A stretch of 64,000 bases of DNA from Octopus sinensis (taxonomy: Eukaryota): contig NC_043002.1 of NCBI RefSeq assembly GCF_006345805.1, positions 33,790,001 through 33,854,000 on the forward strand. The letters run 5' to 3'. Shown one piece after another: positions 24,601 to 37,500 of the stretch. Position 1 is the first letter of the stretch, and every line of letters begins with the position of its first letter. The translations under genes and the position numbers were made by a program. The notes beneath the pieces were generated by a model. That model saw only the letters and a list, made by a program, of their open reading frames with translations. It had not been told where the DNA came from and made no database searches.

Positions 24601-26956
24601 TATAACACAAAGCACAATATAGCTCTCTTTACTATATTAATAAATATTTACACTGTGTATTTGAAAGAAACCTATATGGAGCCAGTAATTAGGAGCTCGG
24701 TCTGCTAAGACTGGCAATCATAAATATAACAATTGATCAGTGCTCCGCAACCAGTATACCGCGGCACAAAGGTGTGTCACGTTACGATGTTAAGTGTGTC
24801 ACAGTGTAACCTGAATATGATTTTTTCTCTCCCTATACCTTTAGTTATCTTTTTAGTTCAGGTGTGCCGCCGAATTTTGAAAAGAATATAAGTGTACCGT
24901 AAGTGAAAAAAATGTTACGGAACACAGCATTAGATAATACATTGCTAAGATACAGCTGGATCAAAATATAAGTTGGGGTCAAACAACGTCGTGGGAAGGT
25001 ATTAAAATATAATAGTCACTACCCTTCCTCCTCCGATAAAATCTCTGAAATATCAACCAATATTGTCTCTACTTTAACAGTGGATCCTGTGACTCGACAT
25101 CTGATTCCCACCTTCATTTCCGATTTGTCTTTTCAATCTTTTACAGGTAAATAAAATAGTGTGTAGCTCTACGTCAGTCATGATCAAGCAAGTCTATGAA
25201 CCAAAGCAGTCCAGTACTGACCATGTATGTGGGGTAACATAGACAAATACTTCGTTTCCAAGACTATAGGAGTGTGGGGGGAGGATGACTTAAGGAAGAT
25301 TTGGTTCATATTTCTAGCGAGTCTAGTAGCGACGTAAAGTAAGGAAGATATTGTTTCTAATGGATCCAACGATCACAGAATGACCTACTCATTCACTCGT
25401 GCTAAAATAGTATCAATAACAAACTAGGTTCGATCATATTGATTAGAAATCACCAAAGACGGGTCCTCAATCCAGGACCCATCTATTATAACAGACTTCC
25501 TTGTCCCACAGTATTTACAACGGTAAATCTACAGACTACTTTGCACCAAGTACACAAGTCCTCTCGCATTTTTTTTTTTTTTTTACATAAGCAGTCATTC
25601 TATTTAGGATTTAATGTTTGTTAAGTAGTTATAATAATAATACTGACAAATAATACTAATTAACTAGAAATTTTAATTCCGATGATTGCGTAAAATAGCT
25701 GGTTCCGTCTGGAGTTAAGCTGTCGATGATTATAGAAAGGGAAAAACATAAGAAATAAATTAGATTAAATATGCAAATTATAATATGTGATTCACAAGAC
25801 AAAGAACTGGTTATGTGAGTTAGCCCTAGTCCAGACACGATCCAGCAGACCTATAATCAGAGACATTCCAGCCGTGACCAATCCGTCTTTAGGGTATGTC
25901 TAGGACGATATCATCCAATGTGTGCATTGTTTTGAAGATAGTATCATGTGATTTGGGGGCGCTTTAGTTGCTACAACTAGCAGGCAGCGCTATCACGTAG
26001 AGGCTCCCTTGCTTTCCCATGTTTACTGGTTTATTTACAGCTAATGACTCAGCAGACGAGTCTGTGTGCGCGCGTGTGTGTGTGTGAGAGGCGAGTTCAC
26101 GACTACGTGTTACATAATGGGGTACGTAGGATAAATAAATGATTGTTGACAAAAAAATAAACTTTAACACGTGATTGTGCATGTCTATCTGAAGTCCCTA
26201 AGATATTGCTCTTAATAAATTAAGTATATTCTACAATCCAAATGTATTGAGTTCCTCCTTGGATTATGGATTCCCTAATTATGCGATTGCATGAATGTGA
26301 CTCACACACACACTGTGTGTGCGTGTGTACACACGTTTGGATCAGAGAGACGAAAAGTACTCGATTTGTGTTAGCAGTGGGGACTGCGAAATATACGCAA
26401 TGAGCACAGTTATTCCCCAGAAGTAAAAAAAAAGTTGGGAGTGAGAGAGCATTATTATTTTATTATTGTGCCAAAATTTGAAACGATTCAATTATTATTA
26501 TTACGCAAATCGTAGAGGTAGTTTGACCACTGGTCACTACGTCGTAGCTATTCCGAACCAACGAGGGAGCCTCTGCGTAGTAACTCAATATGCAGGAAAT
26601 AACAGTCAAATCTCCTTCAGACCATACCCTAGTCTTAAGAACAGAATGTATATGGTGAATAAATGGGCGATCTTTGTTTTCAGGAAGAAATATGCAACTA
26701 TAGATAGATATAGCCTTAGATACACTATACGTCTTGAAAAAATAAATTTAAAAAATAGGAAGACAAAGACAGGACGGTCACAATTGGAACGTCTTTATAA
26801 GTATGCTCAGTGAGTGAGATTTCATTTTGTTTATTAAGGTTTGGAACGACTACATTTCACCCATCGACACTAAAGTATTGTAAATAAGCTTGGAAATGTC
26901 GATCTATCTTCATATAAACTTTTAAACCTACGCCCGAATACTACGCACACACAGAC

Positions 26957-27124
<168 letters not shown>

Positions 27125-27344
27125 CCAGTCAGATGAAGGTGTTAAAATATTCATGAAATAAACCTGGTGTGCTTTATTCCTGTATCACTGCTACATGCTA
27201 AATACGTTTGTGTTGATCAGTTTCTTATTGTTACGGATTTAATCTGCAGTCTGGGGTTTGTTCATTAGCAAACGTTTGTCTTATTTAGGGTGAAAAGTAT
27301 GGGTTTTCAACATGTGTGTATGTATATGTATGCATAAATACAGC

Positions 27345-27387
27345 CAGTCTATCTATCTATCTATATTCCTATACATCTATTGTTCTA

Positions 27388-27419
<32 letters not shown>

Positions 27420-27478
27420 ATCTATCGATCTATATATAGTCTATCTACCTATATAGAATCTATCTATTTACCTATCTG

Positions 27479-27549
<71 letters not shown>

Positions 27550-27554
27550 GTATG

Positions 27555-27610
<56 letters not shown>

Positions 27611-27662
27611 CCTATCTGTCTATCTATCTATCTGTCTATCTATCTATCTATCTGTCTATCTA
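27345..27662. repeat. (TATC)n microsatellite, interrupted
   Basis: Direct reading. Confidence 0.95.
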
Positions 27663-28073
27663 TACATACATATATGACACTGCACCATTATGTATCTTAA
27701 ATAAAGAATCGCATCTACAGATTTATATACGACTAGTTTGTACATATGAGAGATGAATGAATTAGTCTATATCTATTGTTTATGAGAACAAAAATAATTT
27801 TCCTTCTCGCACGCTCTACTCTGTGTGTGCGTTTGTGTATATATATATGTGTGTGTGTGTGTATGTGCGTGCATATTTGAACACACCCGCACGTGTATAC
27901 AAACACAGAGACAATGTAGACAAGGAACTATATATAAATATACATATTTGTGAAAGATCGCCTATTTGTCTACATTTATAAAAAATATAGCAAATCTATA
28001 TAAAAACATTTGCGAATGTATTGAGAGTGTGATGGGCTTGGATGAAACTGCAATAGAAAATAGATGTATTTAC

Positions 28074-28456
28074 CTTCATGGGTATCACAGATAGTTGTAG
28101 ATATTTAGTGAAAAAGTCCTAGAGACTGCTACATGTTCTGTTTAGTAAACATCAACTGACCTACAACAATTAGAGTGCTTCACCCGGATATAGAACCACA
28201 GAAACAGGTCAGGTTGTCTCTAAAAGCACAACGTTTCCGCTGAAATATATAACATAGTTATGATATTGAATCTAATTTTAATTTTACATATTAATAAATG
28301 TTTTATAATTATAAACAAAATATTTTAATTTGAAAAAAAATTGTTAATTTTATATAAATACTTGATATTTATATTATTTATTAATTATAGTAATGTTTCG
28401 TTTCGTATTGCATTGCATTTTGTAATCACCTTTGTTTGTGTAGAGTGAACAGCAAT
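28074..28456. promoter_or_regulatory. Probable bidirectional promoter and 5' non-coding exon of WDR45
   Basis: The WDR45 ATG exon starts with an acceptor, so an upstream exon is required. Strong minus-strand donors at 28161 (TAG|GTCAGT) and 28074 (AAG|GTAAAT) lie within 400 bp of the RBM22 ATG. Confidence 0.5.
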
Positions 28457-28510
28457 ATGGCGACTTCCAAGAGTGCCAACACTTACAACAGACAAAACTG
28501 GGAAGATTCG
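28457..28510 (+). CDS. RBM22: RBM22 exon 1 ([18 protein letters not shown])
   Basis: ATG 28457; donor TCG|GTGAGA; [10 protein letters not shown] signature. Confidence 0.95.
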
Positions 28511-31253
28511 GTGAGATTATTTACATTTTGTAAATTTTTTTAATTTATAAATATGATGCATTTCTGCGAAAATATTTAATTAATCTGAAACAAATCTGCT
28601 TCTCTTTTGTTAAGTATGTCGACAAAAAACGTATAAAAGTTAGGGCTGTACTCCACGCAACTTTAAATTTTCTCACAGATCGGCTCACAACTCTAATTAC
28701 TAAGTAGAGATAGAAACAGATTGTGGGATGATATTAATTACAGAGATGTGACCGATTTATTTGTGATCGATGCCGATCAGTATGATAAGAGTCGAATATT
28801 CACAGCTACATCTGCACGAATGTGACATGGATCCGTTTTCCCTTAATCTGCTGAGATTGGGAATCTGCCGAGTCCTGAAGAATTGCATATATCTACCGCA
28901 AATTTGCTTTGCCACTCAGATGTAACTATACGTTGCAAGTCTGGTACTTTTATGGGTAACGATGTGTATCCCTGTTGATCTTACAGATTAATTGTGGCAC
29001 TTTACCAAAACACGCTGAGGTCTTCAGCATAACAAAGAACGCAGTGTTAAAACTTGGGAGTTTACCAGAATTCTGGAGCCAGTCGGCTTTGATCGCAGTG
29101 ATAAGTACAAATTAGCTGGAATGATATGATTGCTTTGGAAACAAGGAAAGTGTTTGATCTGAGATGCAACAATCATAGAGACTCTTACTTGGTATCACGT
29201 GGTTGAATGTGCAACAGCCGCACTTTTGCATGCGGTAGAAAGGAAATCTAGACAATACTGTAATCTATTTGGACAGTATACATTTCAACTAGTGATTGTT
29301 TTGGGATCCTCTATTTCCAATATTGTTTTGGATTGGGATTTGAAGTTGTCAAAGTTGCTGAGCGAATACTTTAGGCCACATGTCTCTAACTGAATTTCGA
29401 TTGCAATCCTGAGAGACGTTTGACAAGCGTAGTTTCTTGCACAGCTAAGCGAACATATTTAATTTGCAGGGAATTAATGTCTAATACATTTCAAAAAACT
29501 CCTGAGTGTGTTGTTTTCATGGCTCTATGCCAGCAAAATTCTTGTAGATAAATTAGAAATATAGTGTTTGATATTTTTCTTTGACTCTTGTTTCATGTGC
29601 CATCTGTAGAATTTGATGTATAGTTGGGATCAGCAAAAATGCACACTGGTTTACCATTGTGTTGGAGACTTTATGGAGATTGCCAAATAGTCTAGGACTT
29701 TCTTTCACTTTGTTATTTTAAACCAAAAGAGTACCTAATTTATAAGTTATGTGCTATAGATAAAAACAATAAAAATAAATAATGCAGCCTTCTGGCTTCC
29801 CAGACCCCAGTTGCACCGTCCAACCCATGCCAGCATGGAAAGCGGACGCTAAACGATGATGATGATGATGAAATAAATGAACTTCCAAACTATTGTTCAG
29901 TCACTCAACCTGACTGGATTGTAGTAACAGCCAGATTTCTCTCAAATCTCTTTTAAAAAAAGGACTGTGGATAAATGTAGTCCAATATACTTTAGGGTTT
30001 GAAAACGAGATGAGCTGTTCACCACAGGAATGCTATAGATTATAAATCTAATCCATTGGGATTGAGCTGGAGTTAAGCATCAGCTCCCTCATTTCTATAC
30101 AATGGATATTTAACAAATCGGCAAAATTAAACCTAAAGGTTTTTTTTTTCTGGCATTATTACTGGTGTGCTGAAGGCTTGAAAAAATAAGTACCAGTTAA
30201 ACACTGGGGTTGATTTAATCAACTTAGTCCTTCTTTGAACCTGCTGAATTTGTGTAAAAATTTGAAACTGTTATTGGTGGCAAGCTAGCAGTATTATTAG
30301 CATGCTGGGCAAAATGCTTAGTGACATTTCATTCAGCTTCATGTTCTGAGTTCAAATTCTGCCATGGTTGACTTTGCATTTAATCCTTTTGGGGTTAATA
30401 AAATAAGTACCAGTTAAGCACTGGGGTCGATATCCTCAACTTACACCTCCCCTTAAATTGTTGGCTTTGTGCCAAATTTGAAACCACTATTACTGTTGAG
30501 CTGGTAGAATCAGTGGCATGCTGGAAAAAAGATACTTAGTAGTATTTCTTCCAGATCTTTATATTTTGAATTCAAATTCTACCGAGGTTGACTTTGCCTT
30601 TCATCCTTTTGGGGGTTGAGGAAACAGTCAAATACTGGGATCGATTTAATCAACTTGCCCCTCATCTCAAAGTTGCTGGCCTTGTACAAAAATTTAAAAC
30701 CATTATTATTGGATTAGTAGAAACAATAGCTTGTTAATCAAAATATCCTACAGAAATTAATAAAACTCTTATGTTCTGAGTTTAAATCCTGCCAGGTTAA
30801 CTTTTTGCTATTTGTCCTTCAGGGATCAGTACAATAACGTACTAATTAAGAATTAATCAACTATAACATCCCCAAATTTGTGATACTATGTTAGAAATCA
30901 ATATAGAATAGCTCACAGCATATACATATGAAGGTGCATGGCTTAGTGGTTAGGGTGCTACACCAACAATGATATAGCAATTGTGATTTTAATTCCTAGA
31001 CCGAGTGGTGCCTTGTGTTCTTGAACAAAACACTTCACCTCATATTGCTCTGCGGTCACATCAACACCTGATGCATGGTACACTGTGCACCTGTTCAGAC
31101 AACATTGATTTGATAGAGAGAGTGAGCTAATGTATGGCACAGACATTTCATCACTATAAACAAATCGCTTGTGCAGGTTGTTCAGCAAAAGCTGAATGCT
31201 CATACCTTGTCTCTAATAGGAGAGTTCATCATCATCATGTATATGTTTGCCTG

Positions 31254-31307
<54 letters not shown>

Positions 31308-31512
31308 TATGGGCCCGTGCTGGTGGTATGTAAAAAGTACCCACTACACTCTCGGAGTGGTTGGCATTAGGAAGGGCATCCAGTTGTAGAAACTTTGCCA
31401 AATCAGATTGGAGCCTGGTGCAGCCTCCTGACTTGCCAGTCGTCAGTCAAACCGTCCTACCCATGCCAGCATAGAAAGTGAATGTTAAGTAATGATGATG
31501 AAAGAAGTCTGC

Positions 31513-31575
<63 letters not shown>

Positions 31576-34500
31576 CTTTGTGTTTCCTTTTCTTGGCATT
31601 GTGCAATAGTTGTAAATGTGTTTTGTACAAGCATTGTCATTTGCTTCCCATCTTCTATGAACACATGTCTGGCCATGGGAAGGTATTACCTTGCTTGGAA
31701 ACAGGTAATCAAATATAATTTGACTTAAAAAATTTTTTTTCATCAATTCAAGTAGATTTATGAAAATTTTTATTGACACTAAATTTTGAATATGATGATC
31801 ATTTTCATCTAAAGATATTCTTTTTTCTTTTTTCCAGGAATTTCCAGTTCTCTGTCAAACATGTCTTGGAGACAATCCTTATATAAGAATGGTAAGGAAG
31901 CTAATTTATGACTATTAACAGTGAAATTTCTTCTGATATCTGTCAGTATATTTATTATGTGTGTTTTCTCTGTTTGAATCAGTTTACAGCTGTTGTTGTG
32001 TATTTCCTGGTTGGGTAGTGGATATACTACAGCATTCCAACAACAATCCTCCCACCTTTGTGTTTAAAGGATTGCATTGTCCAATATATCCTTTCTTTAA
32101 GATACTAAGGTATGACTTGAAGGAGATTTGGCTGCAACTTCTGAGATCAAGCAGTCAAGCAAAGGCTGAATTTTCAGCTTGTTTTGTTAGTTTTGTTATT
32201 GAGTAACCTTGGTCAATGTTATCTTCTTTTTAAAGATAATAGGAATATTTGGCTGCTGTATTAAGCAGATCAAGTGAACTTCTTGTTTCATCATGTTACA
32301 CTATACCAATACATCATTGTTGGTTAGTCATCATACAAAACTGTACAAGTACATTTCCGTTGCACGTAATTATAAGACTGTTTTACGTAAGTCTATGACA
32401 TAGACATCACCAATATCATAAAATGTGTACTATGGAACTCTTGTTAGTCATTACCTACTCAATCCACCTCTCTCCAACTCAAATGTATTGTAGGTCACTC
32501 CTAACCCTTATCCATCACTCACTATGTCCACACTCAACCCTACTCAGTTTCTAGAGTTGTCACTTATTCCTCCCTACCTTCCATACTTAACACCCCTCAA
32601 TCCCTGTTATTCATTATATTTGCCATGAACTCATTCCCCCATCTCTCACTTCCCTATACACTCTTACAGCCTCTTTCCACCACACACTCTGTTTGTCTTC
32701 ATTTATTTCTATTCACCTTGTACCTTGGAAGATCTATCCTGAAACTTCATCACCACTATTTTATCACTTTCCAGTTCCACCCTGGTCACTTTCACCCTCT
32801 TTTCTGAAATGTGAGTATTCATGTAGCTCCTCTGCAGCAAGAAACCTGTTCTGTTATGGCTCTTTCTCCCTTTATGGTCATCTCTGAGCATAAAAACATC
32901 TCCCTCTGTACTGTAGCCCCACTCAGTTGAAGGAGATCTTAGTCTTGCAAGCTGCATGGCAATCTCTCTAGTGCTGGTGCCATGCAAAATCACACCCAGA
33001 ATATTCCTAATGAGGGTATCCAGCCATAGAAACCATGTCAAAGCAGACACTGGAGCATGATTCTGTGCTCCAGTGTCAGATTCTGTAAAACTGTCCCACC
33101 CACTCCTGCATGAAACATGGATGTTAAATGATGATGTTGATGATGACTGTGGTGCTTTGTTGTGTGATATACAGTATGCATTGTTTTTTGTATGATATAG
33201 CATAATGCTGTTATATGACATTGTAGCACACTTGTTGTGGATCTTTTCGGTTTGAACGGCAGTTTTTTCTAGCGCTGTCATATGAAATTGTCACCCATAA
33301 TTATGACCCTAGAATCGATCTATTGCATTTCAATCTCTTTTAGGGTTAGGGTTAGGGGTGGAGGAAGGGTATCTTTTTTTCTTCACAAAAATTTAAATAA
33401 ACCCAATCTGTTTCTTAAACGAGGGACATATTCATATGGCACAGAATGCTTTTTAACTCAATAGACGTCACTGATTGGTTGAAATTGCAGAAATTGAAGA
33501 AAAAAACAACAAATATCTTACAAACTATAGAATTTTCTCGATAAAGCCAAGAGAAAAAGATGTTTTATAAACACATTCTACCAGTATACGAAATTTAAAA
33601 TTTTTTAGTTACCTAGAAATTATGTTAAAAACTGCCGTTCAAACCGAAAAGATCCCTTGTTGTTTACTGTAGATTATGTTGTTCAAGTTCAGGACCAATA
33701 GACCTATGATCAAATGGTGTTTTGACTGTGTCCATTTGACCTTCCTGTCTTAGGTTCAGTGTGTCTATGACAATATTATCTAATGTGTACTTCTCTACTG
33801 TAGCTTCAGATTAGTTCTGATCCAACAGATCTAGGACCAAAGATGTTCCAAGTATGGAGTCTTCTTTGAATTTAGATATGGTGTATCTAGGACTGTATTA
33901 TCCAATAGGTTCTACCTTGGGAAATTTTGGCTGCTTTGGAAACTCCTTTGTTGGTTCATATAATATAGCTTTGAATAGTTTGTCCCAAAGAATCAGGTTT
34001 GTTGTTCTAAATGTCTGTTCTCCTTATTTTCCTCTTATTCAGATGAAAGAAAAATATGGCAAGGAATGCAAGATATGTGCACGACCTTTTACCGTGTTTC
34101 GATGGTGTCCTGGTGCCCGAATGAGGTTCAAGAAAACTGAAGTGTGTCAGACTTGTTCCAAGTTGAAGAATATTTGCCAGACATGTCTCTTGGATTTGGA
34201 TTACGGTTGGTTTTGTTTTCACCTGTACATTATTTTTTTCTTTGCGTGTGTGAGAGTGACTGAGATTTGGGATGAATGTAAAGAAAGCTTTCTATAGTAA
34301 AGCATTTACAGTTCCATCAAATGTTATTCAGCAGATATGAAGAAAAACTGCCTTGAATACAAATATTGTAGAGTAAAAAAGCCAACTTTATTGTCCTTGG
34401 GATAGTTCATGTCATAAATACTAGGAAAGATTTTATATATTTATATTTTGGTCCAATTTTTGGCTTTCTACTATTGCACCACTCCAACATCATTCTACAT

Positions 34501-37500
34501 TGACTTCACCCCTCTGTTGCTGGCCACTACAGATGTTTCCTTCATAGACTTACTGTAACTTATCTTCACCAGCAACAAAGCCAGCTCTGTGGCTACACTT
34601 GTCATTTTGCTGTGTCTCCTGGGTTTCTTTCCATGTCCTGTTAACCTACATGAAAGTCAAGCAAAATGTCAATTGTATTAGTTGATGTATTCAGAAATGA
34701 TAACTGCATTGGTATGGATGTGATGTGACTGGATGATGCGCTGTTAGTTGAGGGAGACTTTAGAAGTAGTGGTGAGGTCAGATCAGATGATGCTGCGCCC
34801 CATAGAAGACTTGACAAAGGCATGTGTGTATATGTGATGAAGACAACCTGGAAAAAGCAGGGTTCAGTGCCTTCTCAGGGACACAACACAATGTTTGTAG
34901 TAAGATCAGTTTTAATTTCATAACCAAACATAAAATGCAGTTTTGGGATGTGAATATATAATATGATACATGTTTATATGTTGTATGGCATCTGTAGAGT
35001 TAGTAAATATATAGTAAATAAATAAAACCAAAGTACTTTATTTTGATGATGCATATGTCAATGTGTGCAAATGTTAATATGGTATATATGTGTGTGTATA
35101 TGTGGTATGACATCTGTATTCAATAAAACCAAAATTCACTATTGTGACACATACTATGTTTTATGTGTTTGTAGGTCTCCCTGTGCAAGTCCGAGATGCT
35201 GCTCTTAAACTACAAGATAACATTCCTAAGTCAGATGTCAATAAAGAATACTATACTCAGAATATTGAAAGAGAGGTAAGTCATTCATTATTGGTATTGT
35301 AGTAAGGTTGGTGGCATAAAAGATGTGCTAGACTACAATACTTTGTAGTATTTAGTTATGTTTCCTATATTCTGTGTTCAAATTCTATCAGGGGATTGAC
35401 TTTTTGTTTAATCCTCTCTTAGTGGGACACACTTAAACCTTATCTATCCATTTTCTTGAAATTTATCCCCTTGTTCCTATGCTAAAAATCATCATCATTA
35501 CTGATGATAAAGTTAGTTTAAGTTTTTTTTTTGTGGTTTAGTCAGCAGAAGAAAGGCAGTGGTGTCTATAAATTAAAAAGGTTTCAATTTGGAGAGGGGA
35601 CCTGTACCTGTGGCCCTCTGAGCCTTGTGAGGTAAAAGGAGGAAGAAATGACATTAGGCTTATTCTCAGACTAGGAACTTGGTTAAGATGTTTACAAAAG
35701 AATAGGCTCTGTTAAAGTTGTCTAGGATCAACTTGTGGTGTTGAACCAAGAGAGGGATGAAGTTTATCATTGAATCTCTACAACAGTGGATTCTGCTTAA
35801 AGTTTCAAAGAGTCAGTTTGGTGATGTTGATGGCAGCAGCAGCGAACCTTGAGAAGGATTAAGTTTACCTCATGAACAGGTAAAATCAATCTGACATGTT
35901 TCTTCAGTGTATCCACTTCCACACACCCAATTTTACTCATGAGACTTGCAATGATCTGATGCTATTGTAGGAGAGAAAATACTTACCCAGTGTACCTTGC
36001 ACTGTGATTGAAACAAGAAGTGTTACTGAAAAAGGAATCTCTTGTACATGGGGCTACAAAAGCTGTTTTATCTCCACATATAATACTGCAATAGTTGCCA
36101 TGAGAAAAATTCTCATATTGGTATTCAGTTCCTGTTTACATCACTAACAGGGAAGGTAATTTATCCCCCCTCTAGCAGTATAAACAAGAGTGCTTATATG
36201 CACCAAAAGCCAGTATGAGTTTCTCTCATTGTAACTGTCACAATATTATGTGTTCTAACACAGTATCCACTTTTAAGCAGGGTTAAATATTAATTATTAT
36301 ACTAAGTAAAACATCTGCTTCAAACTCTTCACAGTTTATGCTAATGCCAAGAACCATGGCTATTTCTGCTTCTCAATCATCTCAAATTTTTTTCCTACAC
36401 ACACTAACATGTAATATACTGCCAATGTTGATGATAATGATGATGATGATATTTTGTGTTGTATGTAATATTTTGCAGATCAATAACAGCGATGGCACCA
36501 CAGCAGCAGGTGCTTTAGCCAAAGCTACAGCTCCAAGTGACATGTTACTGAAATTGGCAAGGACAGCGCCTTATTATAAACGCAACAGGCCACACATATG
36601 TTCTTTCTGGGTTAAAGGAGAGTGTAAACGTGGAGAAGAGTGTCCTTACAGGTAACTATATCTCTATTATTATTCTTCTAGTTGGTCAATTGATGCCTCT
36701 CACTTGCAATATCTCTGTATTGTCATTGGACAACACTAAAGGGTCTTCTCGACACTACGTTTTCTCCATTTGTTCTGCAGCTACTTTAGAGAGTTTATTG
36801 GGTGCATTATGTTGTAGTACCAGAATTAGCGGGGTTGCTTTGTACTATGCAAGACAAAAAATGATTTGCTTTGTTTAATGTCATCATCATTTGTTCTAGG
36901 CAATGTGATCAATAGAATAGGTAGAATAGATGATTGCTGAATATAAGTTAGAGTAACATGGAAGAAAGGGGCCTGAAAATGAAGAGGTAAACAAAGTGGT
37001 TGCAATGATAGTAAGGAAGAGAAAACGAAATGAACTAGAGTGAAATGGAGAAAGGTGCATGAGTGTAAAGGAGAAAAACTGTGGTAGTATTGAAGAAAAT
37101 GGAATGATAGCAGAGAGTAATGAGAGACTAAGACAGAGAGAGAGATATAGTGATGAAAATGGTTGAGATTTAAAGGTATGATGGATGTCAATTGTGAATT
37201 AAGGGAGAGGGAGGCTGGAAAGTAGAGGGTTGATGTTTGCTGATGAGGGTGAGTACAAGTGACAGGATAGTCATGATAAAAGAGTAATGTCAATTAGGGA
37301 AGGTACTGGATGGTAACGGGCATTATGTAATCCCTTGTTGCTCAGAGCGGCAGAGGTACAGATAATGGTGATGGAGATTGTATGCGAACAAATCTGCAGT
37401 TCTCCATCATTACTCTGGTAGCATAGTGTTGTGAACAGGTGAGGGGTCAAAAGATAAAAGAGTATCCAAGAAGTGAAAGGGATAGCAAGTGGAAACTTAG

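Noticed and set aside
26466-26813. 115-aa ORF with a near-duplicate at 23893-24090
   Set aside because: The shared peptide comes from an interspersed repeat in inverted copies, not from a gene family.
28781-28855. Candidate C/D box snoRNA in RBM22 intron 1 (ATGATAA...CTGA)
   Set aside because: Imperfect C box, 3-bp terminal stem and no rRNA/snRNA target recognised.
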